Shown: positions 15,080 through 28,700 of the stretch, piece by piece
Layout: every line of letters starts with the position of its first letter
Numbering within the stretch: the stretch's first letter is position 1
Made by a program: the position numbers and the translations under genes
Source of the DNA: Trichoplax adhaerens
Lineage: Eukaryota; Animalia; Placozoa
Length of the DNA stretch: 64,000 bases
Assembly (NCBI RefSeq): GCF_000150275.1
Contig: NW_002060945.1
Location: 6,073,246 to 6,137,245 of the forward strand
Direction: 5' to 3'
The notes under the pieces: generated by a model
Databases searched by the model: none
The model's input: the letters and a program-made list of their open reading frames with translations, nothing else
Told to the model about the DNA's origin: nothing

Positions 15080-15230
15080 TTACGGGAACAGTACGTGAAG
15101 TACCGTGCTGTAACTGCGCTACTTTACAGTACGCTATCCACAGTACTGTACGGTACTGGATTATACTGTACCACCATGGTAAAGACCAGTGAGGCGCCGT
15201 GGTACAGTACAGTACAAGTACTGTAGATGG
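15080..15230. promoter_or_regulatory. TACAGTAC/GTACTGTA-rich cluster upstream of PPTC7 (putative promoter)
   Basis: Multiple cagtac/gtactg words lie about 300-460 bp upstream of the PPTC7 ATG. Confidence 0.4.
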
Positions 15231-15924
15231 ATGCTAATCAGGTAATACTATCTTACTTACTATCGTAATAACCCTACACTATTTGGCCACCTTGCTAGAG
15301 GCAGCGCATGAGCAATTGAGCATGACAGGAAACAACTGGCTCCAATAGTCAGTACGTACAAGGCGACAGCGATCATCATGGCTCCCTTAGCTATTCGACT
15401 GGAGGCAATCAACATGGCCTACATACTACTGTATCAATTATATTAGTACTAGTCATAAAATCCGTTGTTCTATTCAAGGTTCATGTCTATTGAGTTTATT
15501 TTCGTATTTACTTGCAACGACAACATACAATAACTGTCATTAGATATTTTGGGGCGCAATTCGTGCTCAATGATTATGCAAGGGTATCAATTCTACAGCA
15601 ATTATAGGGTGGGAGTGGGATAACTAGTACAAAGCCGCTTGTTACACTTGGCGTAATATGTAATTCCTTGTTACTTTACTTTTTATTAATTAATTAAGTA
15701 ATAATATTATTGAATTCTATCTGTCTTTCCATAGTTATGAGCACTATTTCAAGCGAAATGTTGCATGCATATTATTATAATAAATTAGACCTACAGTCCT
15801 ACATTCGTTATACTGTATACGTATGTACTTGTCTCTTTACATCATAGACAGTACATGATATTAATTATATTACTTCGCATAGATGCTTATCCATTATATA
15901 ATACTACGCAGAAAGCGATACATC

Positions 15925-16390
15925 ATGATATATCACCGGTTTACTGTATAGTGATACATTATGTCGTAATTAAAAGTCGCTCTATCAACATCCTTTTTAC
16001 ACGCTATCGTATAAATTAGATGATAATACATTGTGTAGCAGTAATTGGCGACTGAAGAAGGCCTACATGTTACTGTATTAATTATATTATAACACTATAA
16101 TATCATGCACTATGATATGTCACTTGTATACTAGAGCGCATTATGTCGAGATCGAAAGTCGCTCTGTCCAATCTTTTTACATGCGATCGTATAAATTGGA
16201 CGATAATGTCGCAGCATTATAAGATAGCAGGCGTACAGTATGCTGTATACTGAGTCTAGAAATAAATTGCGTCAGAACCAAAAGCCGGCCTTTTAATATT
16301 CTTCAACACACTCTGCATACTACTGTATGAATTCGATGATAATGCGAGAACACTGTGATATAATGTACATAGCAGTAATTTGCGACGGAA
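15925..16390. repeat. Diverged tandem duplication of about 130 bp; the second copy is interrupted by an insertion of about 150 bp
   Basis: cattatgtcg..aaagtcgctct..ctttttaca.gc.atcgtataaatt.ga.gataat occurs at about 15957-16026 and 16139-16207. The tail agcagtaatt.gcgac.gaa occurs at about 16037 and 16371. Confidence 0.7.
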
Positions 16391-17532
16391 TTGAAAGCCA
16401 GAATCTTATCGGTTAGCATTGCAGTCTTTCTACTATAATTAGAAACCGATCAACTAACCAATTCATTAGATAGTTGACAATCTATCATACGATGTACCAG
16501 TAAAGCGCTACGATGTAGCAAATACCACAATAGATACCAACTACGACAGCTGTATTACTTTTTCATACTTATAGTACATTGTAGCAAGGAAGAGAGAAAT
16601 GTACGGTAATTCTATATTTATTCGTTCATTAATTTGTTATTATCAATTGACTCGGAGATAATTAATTAATTAATTAGCTAGTTATAGGGTTATTAACATC
16701 AATACATATCGTACGCTGATGCCACCTTACATGGATTAATTATTTTATATGGGCCGTGTAACTCAAAAATGATGAATCAACACAAAATCAATAATATAAT
16801 TAATTAACGTCAATGTTTCAATACCCATATTTATTTTATACATGAAATTAAATACGTTAAAACTGAGATAGATAGATATTGCAATTATAAATCAACCCAT
16901 TTACATTATCATTCAGAGACATGATTATAACCAATACACCGAATGCTCGAGCAATGACTAAATCATGCCTACATTTGATCATATTGAAATTGAGGTACAT
17001 TGTACCATATATTGTAGTTATGCAAATCGAACATATTTACGTCTCTCATTGAAAGAGAATTATTATGATAGATGCACGGAGTAAGCTGTAACTAAATTAA
17101 TTAATAAAATAAGATATGATAGGTTACAAGCTCATCACAGATACCACATTCTGCACCGTATAATTATTCATTCATTTGTGATACGGTGCATAGATTTGAC
17201 TAGTTTAATTAGCTAACAAGACAATTTTAAGGTGTATACAGTATCAATTGATACATCATTCTTTTTCCTTGTCGATCATAACAACAAGAAGATTTTACTT
17301 CATTTTATAAGAAAAGTTTCAATTCAAGAAGTTCATATCTAAAAATATCTTTACTTCCTATATACGAGTATACACGAACGAATATTACCTATACAGCATC
17401 ATATAGGTTCGCACTATCGCATAGCAATAATCGCTATTTACAGTAAAAAAATAGTCTCTACATGAAGAGAATATTCACTTTCTCCGACTGTAACAGCAGA
17501 GTAATTATATAAATCTATAAGATGAAGATAGC

Positions 17533-20526
17533 CTACAAATATGTTAGCTTATTTCCTTTAACGGAAACTAAACTAGTCTCATGGATCACAGTATCATTAG
17601 GATGAGAATGATTTAATGAATCATGATTACGTGTAACCACTTTTGTTGTAGGTCTCGATGCAAATGGAACCGTTGCAACATTACCGAAATCGCTGCTTGA
17701 TGCTAACACTTGTTGTGATGTTAAACATTCTCCTAATACCTGATCAATTTCTCGGCCTACAAGCCGCGGACTACAATAAGCTTCTGAATTTGACATTGCT
17801 TCAATCTGCCTAGAATAGGAATTAATTCGAGACGTATTCCACAAAAGTTGCTGACTTCGAGACGATGATAACGATTTTTCATTTTTAGATTCTATATCCT
17901 GCATTTTCTTAGTCAAGTTTAGTATAATTAAATCATCAGGTAATGGCTCTCGTTTGGGGGATCCATTCCTAAACTCGTTACTGTGTATTAGCGTTGATGA
18001 TAATATTTCTTCCTTATTCTCAGATTGGGTATCTTGATACTTCTGTTTCTCAGTCATTCCATTAATTCCTTTACGTATTGTCGATTTTGGTAAGGTCTGA
18101 TTATAACGGATAGATGATGTACTCTTCGATTTACCTTGATCACTTAGCTTTATTTTCCCCAGCGATAATGATGTTATCTTATCACTACTAGCTGATGTAG
18201 TTAAAGATTGCGATAAATCAGTCAGCAATTGAGGATGATGTAAATTGTTACTGCTTTTCCCTTGAATAACAGGTAGGGGTGATCCAGGTTTATCAGGTAG
18301 TAGAATATTATTCTGGCTATCGATAGCTACACTGTTACTATTTATATCTGTTATAGAAGGTGGTATAGGGCTTGCCAATATTGGTACCTCTTCTTCTTGT
18401 TTACTTGGCTGATCATTATCCTCATCAACAGGCGTTGTCGTTACTGCACGATGAAAACTATCATGACTAATGTCACCATCATAATTAACATTTGGTATAG
18501 GATGTGTAAATACCTCGTCATTAGAATGGCTCCTACTAGGATTAATAGACAGCGTTATATTACTGTTATTGGTATTGGACCGTACTCTCATCTGAGAAGT
18601 TTTCTTAACGTAATCGCTGTCATCATCTGGAATTTGGCTTCGTCGGCTGATACTTCTATCATCCAGTGTTGTTGGAGTAGCAGTAGGGCTATCATAGATC
18701 CACGGATTAACTGTATCATTATCATAATTTTTGTCCTTTTTTCGCTTATGATGCTGTACCTTTCTATTTGAGCGATAAGCATTATTACGATGATATTGCC
18801 GAGATATATACTGGTTAATGGCAGATTGCGATTGATTCGCAGCATAATATTGGTAAAGGTTATTATAATAATTGCTAGTCATAGATTGTTGATGTTTCCG
18901 AGTTGGAGTACCGTGAACGGGATATTTAGGCGACGATTTTGCTTTTTCCTTGGATTTATCGCCGAATTTTAATGTTCCTAATGAATAGCGATCTATATTC
19001 CCGGTTAAAACCCATCTTTGCTGATGTAATTCATAATTGTAATGGTCGGAAAGATCTTTTGTAGTGTTTGTTTGATTTTGTGATGGTATCCGACCCTCTC
19101 GAGTTTTCTGCGACTGTCGAGACCGATTGTAATTCGGCTGAAGATCAACGGACTTACATAGTGCCGGTAAATAGAAGAGGTGATTACCAAATGAGTTTTT
19201 CGGTAAAATGAACTAACAGCAAAGAACAAAAAATTAATGAGTGAGACAATTAAACACAACTATCTTGTAATCGATCTCTATCTAGAATTATTAAACGAAT
19301 GAAATCGACATATATCTCAATAACAGCAAACCCTACAAATACTCGTCATATTATTATTTGTATTACGGTACTGTTTTAATGTTTTAAAGCAAATTTCTAT
19401 TTATTCCATTAAAGTATCAGTACGTTATCTAGCGATAATATAGCAAGAGATGGAGTTATCGTATAAAGTCTATAGGACATTATATTGAACCTAATCTGCA
19501 TCAGTATTTTTCAACGTAAATATCATCTTATAATTAGAGGCTAAATAAAAACGTTTGAGCTTTGCTCCGTAACTGAACTTACGTTATCGTTCATTCCTTC
19601 TTGCTTTTGCGCTAGACGAGAATTGACAGGGCTAGTGTTTGGTTTATTTAAATAAATACTATTCATATTATTATCGTGATCATCACTAAACGAAATCATG
19701 ACTTCCTGATTATATATAGCAGGACTTGTACTTGGCTTCTTATCATAAACATTATTCCTCATTATTTCATGGGTAGTTGCGGTTAAAAGTTCTTTAGATT
19801 CTACAGAATTTGTACTCAATATTGAAATAGGATTAGTATCCTTTTCATTGTTATTATTAGCATCAACTGATTGATTTGACTCTATAGGATTTTCAGCAAA
19901 TACTTTAGTGCTTGTAATGGTGGAATTTGTGGGGTAATTGCCATTAGTGAACGGAGTCTGGATACGATCTGAATCTTCTTGACATGATAATTTTGATTCA
20001 TGAGAGATAGAATCTGTCTGATTTTGTTGATACAGCTGACACATTGCAACTTCATTAAGAGCTCTAAAATATAAGTATAATAATTTAATAATTAACCAAA
20101 ATGGAAACTTGCTTAAGGAATAAAGGCCCTAGACAATAACGCATGAACATATAGTACTACAATATTAACTAGCTTCATCAATTATATTCCGGCTGTAATT
20201 AAGTTGTATTGATTCCTTTTCTGTACCTCTAGTTTCTAGATCTATTATTAGTAGTAAATGTAGTTGCTATGATAATAATTCTAAACTAAAGTTGTTGCGC
20301 AATAAGACAGTTATGAAAAGAATTTATGTTTTATTTACTTTGCAACATGATCTGGAGATTGATTTTGAACGTACCTTTCATTCATGAAATTTGATGCCTT
20401 ATTGGGCGTCTGCTTTTGATTCCGTTTTCCTCTAGTGGGCATTCTTGATTGGTTGCGATTTGATGGAGGTCTTGGACTCAATCTTTTCGCTTCAAGAATT
20501 AATTCACTATTCATTGTAGCAGCCAT
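17533..20526 (-). CDS. Uncharacterised low-complexity/disordered protein of about 770 aa with no recognisable domain
   Basis: Three ORF-track pieces join in phase. Exon 1 runs 20526 to about 20374 (alternative donor at 20339, both phase 2), exon 2 is 20063-19583 (donor gtaagt), and exon 3 is 19212-17533, reading open into the 449-aa ORF. The protein is N/S/Q/T/P-rich and ends ...KLTYL*. Confidence 0.7.
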
Positions 20527-23500
20527 ATTTGGTTTAAAATGGTAGTAGATATATAATAACCGTTTTATAGAGGAATTATTTCACAGTAGTTAGAATGTAA
20601 CTTTTTCCAAATCACGGTCCGTTGTCGACTTAAGTAATTTCTTTCTTTGATGTTACGCTGCTGATTATCAATATTATACCAAATCCAGCGTTGGAAATTT
20701 TTAATTTCATTAATCTTAGTATTAAGTGGTTAATTCTGAAGATACAAAGAAAAAAGAGTTAATTTGATTAATTAGTTTTTGATAGTCGAATTTTTGGTAA
20801 ATATGATATTATGAACAATAGCAAGAATATTAAGCGAGAAGAGTGTTTAATTTAAAAGCTGGAATACAAGCCGATGATGACATTAGAGGTAATCAAAGTA
20901 AGGTCGTTACTGACAACATTTTAAAAATGATAGTAGCAAACTGATTTCCAACAGCAGAATTAAGGCTAACTTTTTGTCGTCGATAATTACGACTATCTAT
21001 AAGAATAACAGTAAAATTGGCCTCTTCCAGTTCTAATTTATCATAAAGTCGTTATTTAAACTATAATAAAATCAAGATACAAATGGATATCGTATAGGAA
21101 CTAACGATATTAAAGTACATAATTGTTAACAGTTATCCTAGTAGCCTTTAATTCATATCGATTGACTCTTACACCTTCATGAAGGTCCTTATAATGCAAG
21201 TTCATCTTGAAAATTTACATATTAGTCAACTTTGTAAACGATCAAAGCGTTTAAAACCTACTATAACAGAACTATCGTCATGTATTTCATTACGGATCAA
21301 GTAATAGCTTAACTATCATTACGGAGACAAAAAATATTAATTCTGGGTGGCAGCTATGATTTAACCGATTGACAACATAGGATAATAAGCTGTAAAGCAC
21401 TGCAGATCTACACAGAGTGTGATGTCATCATTAATTATTATTGACGAAAAATCTTTTTAAATTCACGATGTGAATAATCCAAATCATCTTAACTATATCG
21501 AACTTTAGATAAGGTTTCAGTTATACCGGTAATCACTCATTTATAGCTTAATGATTGATTTCTTTCGAAGGATTTTCACGACTATACTACATTTCTATCT
21601 CATCCATTTTGTAATCCCTGTCTATTCTTGTCATTACTTTGTCATGGTAACGGTTCAATGGCGACAGTCAATAGCTTCGGTTATCTACTATACAAGGACT
21701 GGTGCATGAGCCCGTATTCTATATTGTAGTACATCGTCCAATTAAACAGTTAGAATTGAAGTACAAGACGATACTATTTTGATAGTCAGTGGGAAGGAAA
21801 GACGTCCTAAACCCATTTCCTATCATAATAACTAATAAGTTATTGGATGATAATACACAGATATTAGGAAATGCTGAAGTAATGGTAAAATTAAATTGCT
21901 ACATAGCTAGTGATAACTTCTTCCTTATCGTAAACTACGTAATGATTTCACTATGTTGAGATTTTTTTTAAATACTGGATATAAATGAACAAGCCAAGAT
22001 GGCAAATGGTGATTTAAATCAAGCATAAACAGCTCTGAATATTGTCTGACTTTTATATAATTGTTATTGCATAAAATAAAAATTCAATTGATCGCTATCC
22101 AGCATCGTTTTAATCATGGGTAGACTCTTGCACATTCAAAGTAGTCAAATCTTATTTCTTCATTATTTTGTCAGTTTTTTTATCCCACATTTATCATCGT
22201 TGCGACATAATAGAAATCACGTAATAGAAGTTAAAGCCTTATTCTTTTGGCATGTTCTTTCTTACCACTTGCTGGAAAGCTTGAGTAAAATAAAGATAAC
22301 TTTTTTCCGAGCGAAAAATTTCTTATGCACTATCTAACCTAAATCTCTAATGTTCAAAAAGAAAGCCAGCAAGATTTAGATATAACCTAGAACAACTTCA
22401 AGTTGGAGTGACTACTATACATCGCGTATCTATTACGAGATATAATTCGTATTTAAATCGTATAAAATGCGACAGAAATTACTACTTATTTTTATCACAT
22501 TATGATATAAATTGTGATAACCTAATGACTAAAATTACTATTACAGCAGTCGACTGCCGTTTTATTAAATCAGTACAAAACACTACACTAGCTACATATT
22601 GTAGGATATTGATAGTTTTTAGTTTAGTGTATTTACCATTATATTGCACCAAATTCAAAAATTAGAAATAACAGGTGGAACAACTATGTTACTTCAAATA
22701 GAATTGAATAAATCCAGCATTCTTGACCGCTAATTTCCTCTAGTTATAAAAATCGACTAGCCAAGTTTACGGTGGAGTCTATGGACCACAAAAGTGTTAA
22801 AATGTTACTATGTGGGCACAGTTAAGACAGATATGCTTTATAAGGATAAACGTCATGGATGACGATGGTGATGGGACAAAAAATATAATTGCGTAAAAGA
22901 ATGAAAAGAAGAGAAAACAGAACGAGATCATCAATCACCTCTAATAAAATTAGTCAATAAGTAGCAATTGTAGCAATTGTTTTCAGTTGTCATTTGCATA
23001 CAAAGAATAGATTATTCATAAATCCATTATAGTACTTATTGATTCTTGATTAGAATAGCTTATAATAAATTTTAAATTAAGATTTTTGCATAGACATAAA
23101 AGGAACTATTGTTTGCTTTAGTTTAAAACTGTTGATTATAAAGAAACTACTTCTCTACCATAATGGATAACTTATAGTATACTGAAGGCAAGATCGTAGC
23201 TATATGTAATTTATCAATGGCATAACTATAGAGTAAAAAATTATTCATATGTGCTGTTTGAACAAAAATAAAGCTAAATTAATTTGCAATAGGTATATAG
23301 TAAAATAAGCTTATACGCGATATGGGTACAAAAGTGATCATCACGAACCTACGAAATTGAACTGATGAGATTACTTTATATGAGTCAAATTAGACCAATT
23401 AAAGCTAAGGTCATTAAACCCAGCTGAGAGTTAAAGAATAAATCAACCATAGGTGCACCGTTGCAAAGATGATAATATTCAACTAGTAAACAAATTAAAT

Positions 23501-25780
23501 CATTATGATAGACAGTTCAGAAAATTTATGCAATTATGATATTGAATTTCACCTATTCACGGCTTTCTTATAAGTCTGCAATAAATAATAATTTCAAAAA
23601 TAAGCTTTATATATTTGTTTTATACATCATTTGCTTTGTCTATTCCTACTGTTTAGGGACAAGCATCTCCATATTTAGTGCAAATACATTCGATTTTGGG
23701 CTATAAAGAATTTAAGGAGCTTTCAATCATTTATATTTCAATAAATGTTTTCGCAAAGATTTAGCGGCAGTATTATTAACCGTTTGTACAACATAGAGAT
23801 AATAGCCAAGTGCGCTGTTTAGGATACTCTGTATTCTAAGAAGTTATACTTTGATGGCTATTCTAATTTATAGCATTTACGACTTGATAGGGTAACTACC
23901 GGTACCGTATACTCGTATGAGTATTAAGACATAATTATCTTTCACTTATCCTATTCTATGCTTGTTGACTAATGAGATATCGCAAGCAATTACAATATAT
24001 TACGTGTTTCAATCCTAATTTATTCCCTACCCTCAGCGAAGCGAATAAGAAATTAACCAAATTTTCTATATTTTTATTTTATGGATGAGAATAATTTGAT
24101 ATTGGATCAATCAATTGATTGTTAATTTTATATACCGCACTTCAATGATTGGATTTTGATTAAGATTGAGATCAAAAGTAAAATCAACGTTATGTACTAA
24201 TATACAGTAGACTACTAGATACGACCGGTTATCTCCGACAATACTATAGTACAGTATAAGCAGCGAATAATCTCCTACCCGTATTTTCTTTTGGTTAAAA
24301 TGAAGACTGAAAGTAAAGGAATTAACGTTTTGTTGTATAGTATGATAATTATTATGCTCCCAAGTACTGTGCCGACTTGATACAATCCAACTTTAATATA
24401 ACTATCACTACTGCTTTAACTATCTTTTGATCTCGAACCTTTGTAACTTATTATTCAATGTTGAAAGATTAATGAATATAAGTTGCTCCTAGAGCTATTA
24501 TAAAGGCAAACGAGAAAATGTATCAGCATATATATGTTGTTTTGAAAGAAAGGATTTATGCAGTACGTAGTTGCTTTCTGTTAACGGCGTACAGTAGGAT
24601 TCACGTAATGCATTCATTTTACTGTATTCGATATAAGTTATAAATACAGCTTCTAAAATGGAAGCACGTTATGCATGGTTATTTTAGGATGAAAGAATTC
24701 ACCTTAGTTTGCAGTTAATTTATAAACTTGCTACAGTACTAACAATTTTATATTACCTCCGAGTTGTCATCAATCACTGACGAACAGACCAAGTTGATAA
24801 AGCATACTGAATTCTATATTGCCATACGTATTCAGGATGTTCTCACAACTTTACTGACTACTACAGTATATGTGTGCGTACTATTCCATGGGATATGCAG
24901 AGATGCTCAAATAATAATAGTAGACTTCCTAAATCAATAGGAAATTGTTCCACGCTGCAAGGTGCTCAGCATTCTCTCCTGAGATGACTCATAAAAGTTA
25001 AGTCGTAGGATTCTGCCGCTTTTCTTCTTTATAGTTCCATTATCATGTAACAGAATGTGAGCACTTCTTAAAATTTTTGGCGGTTATAAGGAAGTTAATA
25101 AGGATTCTAGCGCAATATCTAATTTTTAAATTTCAAATAAATTACGAGTTAATTTTCTATTAAATATAGCTTTGACGATTACTAATTTCGTGATGGAAAC
25201 TGGAAAATATTTTATTGTCAGAGTGCAGACATTGATCATAATACATACAAATATACTATCATATTTTAGATGCATCTATTAAATAAGTTGATATTCATGA
25301 AGGAGGATAATAAAAATGAAGGACAGCCATGTCTGGAGTTTTACGCCCTTTTTTTCCCAAAAAGTATTAGGTAAAACTATCACCTACAGAATTCTATTAA
25401 ACGCTTTTTCAGGTGAAAGTTTAGTTCCATTACTGCATTGAAAGAATTTATATCCTGACTTGTGTATATACGTGTGCGCATACGGTATCATTTATACAAC
25501 ATGATAACAAATTGCTTTCGTCCTATAATTAGGGAGTAATTTCGCTACTACGGTATTAACATAGACTACCTTTACCTTCAAGTACATACATCATATCAGT
25601 GCAAGGATTTTAGAACAAGATTTCAATCTTTATCAATATGATTTCTCAAGGTTTCAATATCATTTGCTATACGAGCATATTTTTAGGTTATCCTATCTAG
25701 AAGTCCATATTTTACAAATATTATGGTTTATGAAAAATACGTTGTTGGCAAATTTTTCTTTACTCATTACAGACGCAGAA

Positions 25781-28700
25781 TTAACTGTCATCGGCATTTC
25801 CTGCTAAACATTGATCTAAATGTTGATTTATAATTTGATTGCTTGTATTTGATGGAAAACAGTGATTACATACAGGGCAGTAGATCAATAAACTATCGTC
25901 GGATTCGTCTGCAGAATCTTCATCACTATTGGCAGTCTTATTTTGTCCATTTTGTTGAAAGGCATCAAAAACTTTCAGCTGTCTATGTCTTTTAGTATTA
26001 TTTGAGTCAGTATGTATGTCTTTATTATGTCTCTTATTTCCCGCTTTTTGCTTTCCATTACGTACCGGTATACTGCTGCCATTCATGCTACGATGAGTAG
26101 GCGATACGTTTGTAACATCAGAGATGACGACTATATCGTCATTATTGCTGCTATTATTTTGATTATCGTTTAATTTTTCACCTTGCTTATTCTCTTGTCC
26201 ATGAAGGTTATTTTGTTGAGTAGTAAAATAATTTCGAATAGATAATGGTTTAGTAAAAGCTCGTTTAAGCAGACGTTCGTTAACATGATCGTCATCTTCA
26301 GTAATTAGTTTAGCACCACCAACCACTGTTAACAAGACAGCATCAGCAAGTGCATAACAACTACCTTCTTGCAAAACAGTTGGTAAACGTGTCGCAGAGT
26401 CAAGCAAACCCTGATTTTTTAACAACCGCTGTTGTACAGCCCATTTTAAGACTGTCGTCACTTCGCTAATAATTGGTTCCGGATAACGAAGTCCAACAAT
26501 CTTTCTACCGTCATCGAGCTGAACTCGTACTATTCTCAGTGTTTGTTGTTCCTTGCTTAAGTTATACTTTCTGGCGCAGTTAGTTAACATCGACTCCAGT
26601 AATGACAACATTGGTATAATACCACCACAGATAATATGTACACGATTAATTCGAATCCCAACAGTACAATATGAACCGAACTTGCATGATCCACCATGAA
26701 TACATGCCAGCTCTGTAGAGTTATACTGTTCTTTCCATCCATTTTCAGCATCACTAAGATCTAACTTGTGATATTTTTGTAACAAATCCTTACTATTTTC
26801 CATATAAGACGAAAATCCGGTATTAGGCCGAACGACGCTAAAAACATCTAGATGAGCCTTATACAGCGCAAAAAGATAAAATTTTCGGTTAAAATAACGA
26901 TTACGAGAACAATAAAACCCATCTAATGGATCCGTCGCTTGTTCATGGTATAATTTTAATACTGTTGGCCAATCGATTCCTCTATCAACACATAACGTAA
27001 CTTGCTTCGTAGAAACATTACCTCGTTTAACTTCAGTAAAAATCTCTTTTGGTGAATCAACCATAACAATTGATGTTCCTTTGATGTCGGTTACACCTTC
27101 GTTGTATTTCCCTTCTTTTTTAGCTCGTTCAATACTAGTTGTTAGACATTGACAAAAGTAAGAAAAAATTAAATTTTGTCTTTCGATAGTCAGACCAAGG
27201 ATACGGTTTAGAAATCGCTGTACATCTGTTGCATCTTTTTCAGGTACACGAGCTTCGAGGGAGGCAGTTAGTCCCATATCGAGTAGACAATGTTTCATAT
27301 CGATATAAAATTGAGAGATGGTGTAACTACTATCATCCAGTGTACTTGCTTGTAATATACTTGAGAAAGTGATATTTGGGCAAAGGACACCTCTTTGAAT
27401 GTACGAATACATCAATTTTAAAGCTGAACGGCCATAACTTGTATTAAAATTAAATTCGGAGAAATCTGCGCCAGTTGCTGCCCGACGATCACCTCTTGTT
27501 AATGCACCTAATGAGAGTAATCTTTGAGCAACTGCAGCAACAAATCTTTTCTCACCACCTACATTTGTAGTCATTAATTTATAGATTGGCGCACTAGATT
27601 GATTTGAACGATGAGATCGACCAAGTTGTTGTACAGCTTTTTCAGCACTCCATGGTAACTCCATAGTAATATGAATACGACGTCGATTATTAGCTACACG
27701 TGTATCGCTATGTAATGATATACCAGTGCTAGCGGCATCTGATAAGACAGCAATTAATTTTTTACCTTGCATGAATAGATTCTTTTCCCTTACATTGAGA
27801 CTTTCTAAGCCATGATCGCTACTACTATCAGTATCACGAAGTTGATAGACAGGCGTTGAACTACCATTGATACAAACTATTCGGCCACGGCGTCCAGTCA
27901 TTTCAGCGACACAATTAGTACCACCCAATTGTTGAATTAACTCATCTAAGGAGCAATTCGGTAAATTAATATTATCGATGAATTGTAGTAAGGCATCGGC
28001 AGCATTTTTACACCATGCATTAATTTTAGTGCCTTTGGATGTTTTCTCTTCGATTGGAAAATGTTGTAAAATAAACCGTACTAAAATTTCCTTCGCAGTG
28101 GAGATATAGCCATGTGTGTTGTTCCCTTGGCGAGTAATTTCATTGTCTAAGCTAGCTTCTCCAGTGGTTTGCAAACCGATAACAACACAATATCCTTCAT
28201 CCAGAGCAGCTTTGGCTTCCCGTACAATGGCTGGTACTTTTAAAGACATACAAAGTTGTTTAAAAAATCGTTGATGGCAACTCCAATAAACAGTCCATAT
28301 ACGACTTGCGGAACTTTTAGTGTGGCTGATTGCTTTTTTAATTGCTTCAGCTAATTGTTGCCAGACTCGAGCAGATAAATTATACACTCTAATTTGTTCA
28401 TCGGTTAAATTAATTTCAACAGTGTGAAATTCAGCAGATTCAAAGCTTAGACCTCTTGAAACATACATTCCTGCAGCTTTCATTTCCATGGCTAACATTT
28501 CTGATGCGCCTAGACCACGTGTGGTCATGGCTTGGATAAAATTTTCAACATTTTTAAAGGCTGTATTATCACCCCATAGTCCAAGTCTTTCCATAAATGC
28601 CATATTCTTAACATTAGTGACACCGGTAGCGCTGCAATAGACAACGCGAGCCTTAGGCAATTGCCTTTGTAAGGCAATTGCAGCAACTGCAGCTTTGGTA

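Noticed and set aside
24905-24980. LRR-like peptide RLPKSIGNCSTLQ on the plus strand
   Set aside because: It is a single short match with no flanking repeats or splice context and needs a frameshift to extend, so it is likely chance.
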